DNA from: a virus | Taxonomy: Duplodnaviria; Heunggongvirae; Uroviricota; Caudoviricetes | Virus record (IMG/VR): IMGVR_UViG_3300000059_000086 | Coordinates: 1 to 18,704 of that record | DNA: 18,704 nucleotides | Reading direction: 5' to 3' (one strand) | Shown here: positions 14,685 through 18,704 of the stretch, piece after piece | Numbering within the stretch: position 1 is the stretch's first letter | How the letters are laid out: every line of letters starts with the position of its first letter | Position numbers and translations under genes: made by a program | Notes under the pieces: model-generated | The model's database searches: none | Told to the model about the DNA's origin: nothing | The model's input: only the letters and a program-made list of their open reading frames with translations

Positions 14685-14710
14685 AATCCCCTCTGTGAAT
14701 TGAGGGGATT
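14685..14710 (-). terminator. Hairpin AATCCCCTC-tgtgaatt-GAGGGGATT with flanking T-runs, immediately upstream of the lipoprotein start
   Basis: 9-bp stem; T-runs on both sides (potentially bidirectional); its 3' arm supplies the likely RBS of the lipoprotein gene. Confidence 0.5.
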
Positions 14711-14722
14711 TTAGCATGGTGA

Positions 14723-14983
14723 TCAGAGATCAGCTTTATGCAGAATTTTATCCACCAGCGATGTAATTTTTTCTGCCAGGTCATCATTACTTACCCAATC
14801 CTGGCGGGCAGCCAGAACGGGCGACAAGGCTAATATTAACTCTCGTCGTAATGATACGTTCCTTGCTACAGGCGGAATACGTGGTGCTGGTGGTGGTTTA
14901 AGCCCCTCGCTCCCTTGTATTTCTGGAGTATTCGGCTGATAGCCATTAGTTATTTTTGGCGGTATTGGACGAGGACGAAACAT
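14723..14983 (-). CDS. Proline-rich hypothetical protein (86 aa)
   Basis: ATG at 14983 with perfect AGGAGG RBS at 7 nt, 4 nt after the upstream stop; the longer track ORF overlaps the upstream gene and is less likely. Confidence 0.5.
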   Translation of the reverse strand: MFRPRPIPPKITNGYQPNTPEIQGSEGLKPPPAPRIPPVARNVSLRRELILALSPVLAARQDWVSNDDLAEKITSLVDKILHKADL

Positions 14984-14987
14984 CGCG

Positions 14988-15272
14988 CTACCTCCTACAC
15001 TCAGGGCAAGTGTTCCCTTCCGCAAAGTAGGGAAAACTGCTATCAAGTTCATCACACCATCTGCGATGGTCGTAGCACCAAAACGCCTCCCACGGTGCAC
15101 GGAAATACTTCATCCACCAGGACACTCGATCAGGTATATCTGCTGGTGGCAGCTCTTCTGGCAATAATTTGCCTGATAATTCCCTTTCCGCCCGCGCCAG
15201 CATTCCTTTGAGGCTGGCATTCTCTTTTTCAAGAATCTCTACGCGCGCCTGTAACTCAGCTTTCGTTGGCAT
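14988..15272 (-). CDS. Hypothetical protein (95 aa), coiled-coil N-terminus and Cys/Trp-rich C-terminus
   Basis: Start at the MPTKAEL methionine; start overlaps the 3' end of the upstream gene. Confidence 0.5.
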   Translation of the reverse strand: MPTKAELQARVEILEKENASLKGMLARAERELSGKLLPEELPPADIPDRVSWWMKYFRAPWEAFWCYDHRRWCDELDSSFPYFAEGNTCPECRR

Positions 15273-15972
15273 GGTCCGCCTCATGTTTATCAGCCACCAG
15301 CGGCAATAAAGCCTTAGCCATTTCATGAACCAACATGGCATCAATGACGCCTAGCGTATGGCCTGCCTTAATCTTTAATGCAGTTTCAAGATAGCTCCTT
15401 TCCAGAGTTGTGCTTACTCTTGGCTTCGGCACCTCTTGTGGATGAGTATCCAGACGGTTGCCAGATTCATAGGCTACCCGCAGCCAGTGCATGAATGTTT
15501 CAGTAGACACACAACCGCAGTCCAGGTCGATTTTTTCGCGTTGTTGCCCCAGCCATTGCTCAAAATTTAACTTATTGGATGCTTCAAGAGCCTCCTCGTA
15601 TTGTTTGCGCGAAATTATTTCCGTGTATTCCTCGCGATCAAGGTTACTTATCGGAAGCCTGACCTCAAGGCAAAAATTGCGCCCACGCGGGCTTTTCGCT
15701 GGATCAGAGCCAAAAGCAAAGAAACCATATGATGGTTCACAGCAGTCCTCTCTAACCATGCGACAATCGAGCACATCATCAGGCCACCCTCCACGCTTTG
15801 GCAGCTCCAGCACCAACAAGTCAATCAGCTTTATACTCTCACCGTCTTTGCAGGTTGCTAACGCTATTTGGGCAAGCTCCAATACCTCATCTGCCGTGTA
15901 TCCAGCGCCGTGTCCATACATTTCGATGCGTGCAATAATCTCTGATATGCGAAATTTAGTGATTTTAGTCAT
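15256..15972 (-). CDS. Hypothetical protein (about 239 aa)
   Basis: ATG at 15972 overlaps the upstream TGA (ATGA) with AAGGA RBS; no family recognised. Confidence 0.6.
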   Translation of the reverse strand: MTKITKFRISEIIARIEMYGHGAGYTADEVLELAQIALATCKDGESIKLIDLLVLELPKRGGWPDDVLDCRMVREDCCEPSYGFFAFGSDPAKSPRGRNFCLEVRLPISNLDREEYTEIISRKQYEEALEASNKLNFEQWLGQQREKIDLDCGCVSTETFMHWLRVAYESGNRLDTHPQEVPKPRVSTTLERSYLETALKIKAGHTLGVIDAMLVHEMAKALLPLVADKHEADHANES

Positions 15973-16178
15973 AGTTTTATTTCCTTGCATGGTTCGCCTT
16001 TACGGCATACAGCTACACGGTCATTTCTTACATTAACCACTGTCACCGTTCCGTCATCACATTGAATAACGATGAAAGGGTGTTCATTCTCTTTTGTGCA
16101 ATGTTGCTGTTCTCCAGCCATTGCAGCCGGAGGAGCAAATAGCGCCAGAACAAATGCCAGTCTTAAAAAATGCTTCAT
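15969..16178 (-). CDS. Small secreted Cys-containing protein (69 aa)
   Basis: Classic signal peptide MKHFLRLAFVLALFAPPAAMA; four Cys in the mature part. Confidence 0.6.
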   Translation of the reverse strand: MKHFLRLAFVLALFAPPAAMAGEQQHCTKENEHPFIVIQCDDGTVTVVNVRNDRVAVCRKGEPCKEIKL

Positions 16179-16185
16179 TTGGCCT

Positions 16186-16239
16186 TATCCGTTATCAAAA
16201 TTGGAATATCCGTTATCACGAGAGTGATATCCGTTATGA
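16186..16239. repeat. Three direct repeats of TATCCGTTAT(C/G)A at 20-bp spacing, immediately upstream of the secreted-protein gene
   Basis: Copies at 16187, 16207 and 16227 with exact 20-bp periodicity, in the promoter region of 15969-16178. Confidence 0.6.
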
Positions 16240-16257
16240 AGTGGGGAATAAGACCAC

Positions 16258-16434
16258 TTACCAATACCCTCCGCCTGACTCAAAGTTGGCAATAAGCCAG
16301 GCTGCGAAAAGAGTAACCCCGCTCCAAAAACCACACCCCACCGTACCCCATTTAACACCACCAGCTAATAAAATAAATAAACCGCAAAGGCATACAAACA
16401 AAAAAGTTATCCAAAATTTCTTTCTGTTTTTCAT
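16258..16434 (-). CDS. Unannotated small membrane protein (58 aa), coupled to the upstream gene
   Basis: ATG at 16434 overlaps the upstream TAA (TAATG); product MKNRKKFWITFLFVCLCGLFILLAGGVKWGTVGCGFWSGVTLFAAWLIANFESGGGYW has two hydrophobic stretches; below the ORF-track cutoff. Confidence 0.45.
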   Translation of the reverse strand: MKNRKKFWITFLFVCLCGLFILLAGGVKWGTVGCGFWSGVTLFAAWLIANFESGGGYW

Positions 16435-16733
16435 TATGGTTGACTCCAGTTATCTTCAATAACAATACTCAATCTTTGTAGCCATTCTGCTAATTTCAGC
16501 ATTGCTTCTCTTTCGCTTAAACCACGTGGGAAATCATCAAGCGATATTGTTGGCCTGAAATTCCCGAAATTATCCATTTCAACGGTCAGATTTTGCTCCA
16601 GCACGGTATTCCTTACGCGGCTATTGTGCCGGAGCAAATATACTGAGCGTGATTTATTGGTTTTGTGGTCTAGCTTATATTCGGTAAGTATCATATGGCT
16701 TCTGCCATGATTATTACCGCGCCACATAATCAC
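16434..16733 (-). CDS. Hypothetical protein (99 aa)
   Basis: Track ORF in an operon-like arrangement with the flanking minus-strand genes. Confidence 0.55.
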   Translation of the reverse strand: MIMWRGNNHGRSHMILTEYKLDHKTNKSRSVYLLRHNSRVRNTVLEQNLTVEMDNFGNFRPTISLDDFPRGLSEREAMLKLAEWLQRLSIVIEDNWSQP

Positions 16734-16739
16734 TCCGTG

Positions 16740-17141
16740 TTAATAAGAAAAGTAGACCGTTGCGACTCTGTTATATTGATCGAACGAAATAGCATTTACT
16801 TCATAGCTGGTGGGTATCTTTTCGCCAAGAATGTAACCAGGCCATGATTTCCACGGAATTTCTGCTCGTTCGTCATGCCACACTGCGCAACCAAGAGAAC
16901 CGACCGTCTCTCCATACCGTTTTCCGCAAGTAACAAAGCCTATATTTGGCTTATCTTGCGTGACTGCTACAGTGGTAGTATTTGCGGATGCATTGATTGC
17001 AGTGCGTTGCTCCTGCTCGCTTGCGGCTGAGGCGCTAATTGCTGCCGTTGTTGCGGCGGTTGCAACAATAACCGATGCATGTGATAAATGGCAGGCAGAT
17101 AACATTGCCAGAAAAATAATAGTTCTCCGAAATTTAGCCAT
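16740..17141 (-). CDS. Secreted hypothetical protein (about 133 aa)
   Basis: Start at MAKFRRTIIFLAMLSACHLSHA (signal peptide) with AAGGG RBS; the longer track ORF has an unlikely N-terminal extension. Confidence 0.55.
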   Translation of the reverse strand: MAKFRRTIIFLAMLSACHLSHASVIVATAATTAAISASAASEQEQRTAINASANTTTVAVTQDKPNIGFVTCGKRYGETVGSLGCAVWHDERAEIPWKSWPGYILGEKIPTSYEVNAISFDQYNRVATVYFSY

Positions 17142-17317
17142 TGATTTACCCTTTATTGCGAACATATTTAGCTGTGTGTTGCCGATGTGCTGAGATTTTC
17201 TTATATCAATTCCACGCGCTCTGCTAACGAGCAATCCAAATAATCTTCCGGATGCTTGTCGGTGTTATTAATGATGCGAATCCTCAAATATTTTCACCTT
17301 TGAGGATAAGTTGCAGG

Positions 17318-18322
17318 TTAGCCACGGTTAACCTCCTGCGGCGGTGCTGGTAGTGGCATCCAGTGAGTTGCCTGCCCAAGAGCATTACCCGGACTAACTG
17401 TTATACCTCCGCGTCGGAACGTGCTTCCGATATAGCGTGCGGAATATATTAATGGCCCAGCCTCGCTATCGATATTCACCGAAATAAGCACGTTCTGGCC
17501 CTTTTCAGGCATTCGCTCACTACAGCTTATCCAACCATCCGGAATTACCGGATAGTTGCCAGCCAGTCTACGCAAAACAGCCTTAACAGCCTCAATACGG
17601 TCATCATCGCAACTTTCCAGCGTATCTATGCGATCGAGCATGATGATGGCGTTATCAATATCAGGATTGCCGGTCCACTCATTACCGCGATTGGATTCGG
17701 CAGCCTGGTTGCCGTGTACTGTTTGATTCTCAGCTTTACCCAGTCTGTCGTTGCTGCATGAATGCCCTTCCAGCCAGGCCAATGCTTGTCGCATGAAATA
17801 CGCAATGTGTTTGCCGTGGTAATCGTCTTCATTGATGTGAAAAGCGATACTGCGGATATATTCAATTGCGTTTTCAATGGCCTCCGGTGTTATCGGCGCT
17901 GACATATTTTGATTTTGGAGTGCCAAGACGCGGCAGGCATCCTCTACGCCTTTAACTGCATCTGCGCAGTAGTTATAGCGATTGCATTCCACTAACTTCT
18001 GCTTGAGATTTTCAATTGATTGCGCGACATCAGCCTGTATTACCGGCGCTGGCGGTGCCATGTAAAGCGGAGTGACATGTACGACAGAACCAAGTGTCTC
18101 ATGTATCCGAACCCATGTGTCTTTCTCTGCACAGTCACGGTAAATAATAGAGGCTGAGTCCTGACCGTCTTTTGTGATTGTGACCTGCCATGCCACCGGT
18201 TCAGCTTCCAGCGAGGCTAACGCTATTTCATAAGCCCGGCGCTCAATATTGTCTCGCACGTCCAGGCTGCCTATGCGCTCTTTGATTTCTTTAATCAGTT
18301 CTTTGTCGGTTACAGTGGTCAT
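17318..18322 (-). CDS. Phage protein with a C-terminal DUF551-like domain (334 aa)
   Basis: C-terminal blocks DGWISCSERMPEKGQNVLI and THWMPLP resemble the DUF551 signature common in enterobacterial phage proteins. Confidence 0.6.
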   Translation of the reverse strand: MTTVTDKELIKEIKERIGSLDVRDNIERRAYEIALASLEAEPVAWQVTITKDGQDSASIIYRDCAEKDTWVRIHETLGSVVHVTPLYMAPPAPVIQADVAQSIENLKQKLVECNRYNYCADAVKGVEDACRVLALQNQNMSAPITPEAIENAIEYIRSIAFHINEDDYHGKHIAYFMRQALAWLEGHSCSNDRLGKAENQTVHGNQAAESNRGNEWTGNPDIDNAIIMLDRIDTLESCDDDRIEAVKAVLRRLAGNYPVIPDGWISCSERMPEKGQNVLISVNIDSEAGPLIYSARYIGSTFRRGGITVSPGNALGQATHWMPLPAPPQEVNRG

Positions 18323-18528
18323 TTGTTAATCCTCAAAACTTTATGCCCGGGCGCAAAAGCACGTGTTTTGTCTTTGCTTATTCGCCAGCCATCCTTGCGC
18401 GCCTCTTTTGCACAGCCAGCCCATGACGTACCGATATACTCACCGAAGTCTGGCGACTTATATTTGCCATCTGTACACTGGAGGCAATCACAATAGAGAT
18501 GCATGGTGTAACTTGCGGCAATAGCCAT
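18319..18528 (-). CDS. Small Cys-rich protein (69 aa)
   Basis: AAGGAG RBS; CDCLQC motif plus further Cys; stop overlaps the DUF551 gene start. Confidence 0.5.
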   Translation of the reverse strand: MAIAASYTMHLYCDCLQCTDGKYKSPDFGEYIGTSWAGCAKEARKDGWRISKDKTRAFAPGHKVLRINK

Positions 18529-18529
18529 A

Positions 18530-18704
18530 TCAGTCTCCTTTGATGCCAGTGTTTACAACCTGGCAGGCCTCTTTGAGCACCCAGTCAACCGCGTCTTTCC
18601 ATGCTCCGGTTTCGACTGGCGGATTTTCACGCTTAACTTGTTCATAGAAACGCACGGCTTTAACCAGTCCTTCTGATGTCACCGGGACTGGCGGGGCAGT
18701 GAAT
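18530..18704 (-). CDS. 3' end of a gene running off the right edge (C-terminal 57 codons)
   Basis: Open frame from the window edge to a TGA at 18532-18530, directly upstream of the next gene's RBS. Confidence 0.4.
   Translation of the reverse strand, partial: FTAPPVPVTSEGLVKAVRFYEQVKRENPPVETGAWKDAVDWVLKEACQVVNTGIKGD

Noticed and set aside
14723-15100. Full-length 125-aa version of the minus-strand ORF
   Set aside because: Its N-terminal 39 codons overlap the upstream gene in another frame; an internal ATG at 14983 with a perfect AGGAGG RBS immediately after the upstream stop is the more likely start.
16186-16239. Possibility that the 20-bp-spaced direct repeats are a CRISPR array
   Set aside because: Repeat units are only 12 bp with 8-bp gaps, only three copies, and no cas genes nearby; an operator or iteron array fits better.
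16094-16462. Plus-strand 122-aa track ORF
   Set aside because: No RBS and a proline/threonine-rich translation; the minus strand has a better small ORF (16258..16434) with coupled start, and the direct-repeat array is intergenic.
1-18704. Insertion sequences or transposase genes
   Set aside because: No transposase-like ORF or terminal inverted repeats flanking a transposase frame were seen.

Overview
This 18.7 kb window reads as a segment of a P1-family plasmid-prophage of the D6 type (enterobacterial), not ordinary chromosome. Left to right: a phage tRNA region (a canonical CAU-anticodon tRNA, a non-canonical tRNA-Ser(UGA)-like gene, a tRNA remnant and a 3-copy ~24 bp repeat); two small genes and an lpa-like gene; the packaging genes pacA-pacB, with a cluster of five GATC-containing hexamers (candidate pac site) inside pacA; a convergent 346-aa gene in the c1 position of the immC region; a perfect 32-bp rox site and a Cre-family recombinase (Dre-like); a six-gene plus-strand accessory operon (two unknowns, dUTPase, a DUF2829/Tad2-like fusion, and an acidic-tail gene coupled to a catalytically degenerate, nuclease-less terminase-large-subunit paralogue); then, convergent on the minus strand, the P1-like doc-phd-humD-lxr-hot block (SOS box before humD); and a minus-strand block of small secreted, lipo- and membrane proteins plus a DUF551 protein. 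The most interesting candidates for something undescribed are the pseudo-terminase pair and the two DUF2829-like fusions in an operon that sits where P1 carries ref/mat/res/mod and is preceded by a repressor-operator-like motif. All calls are from reading the sequence and remembered family signatures; no database search was run.
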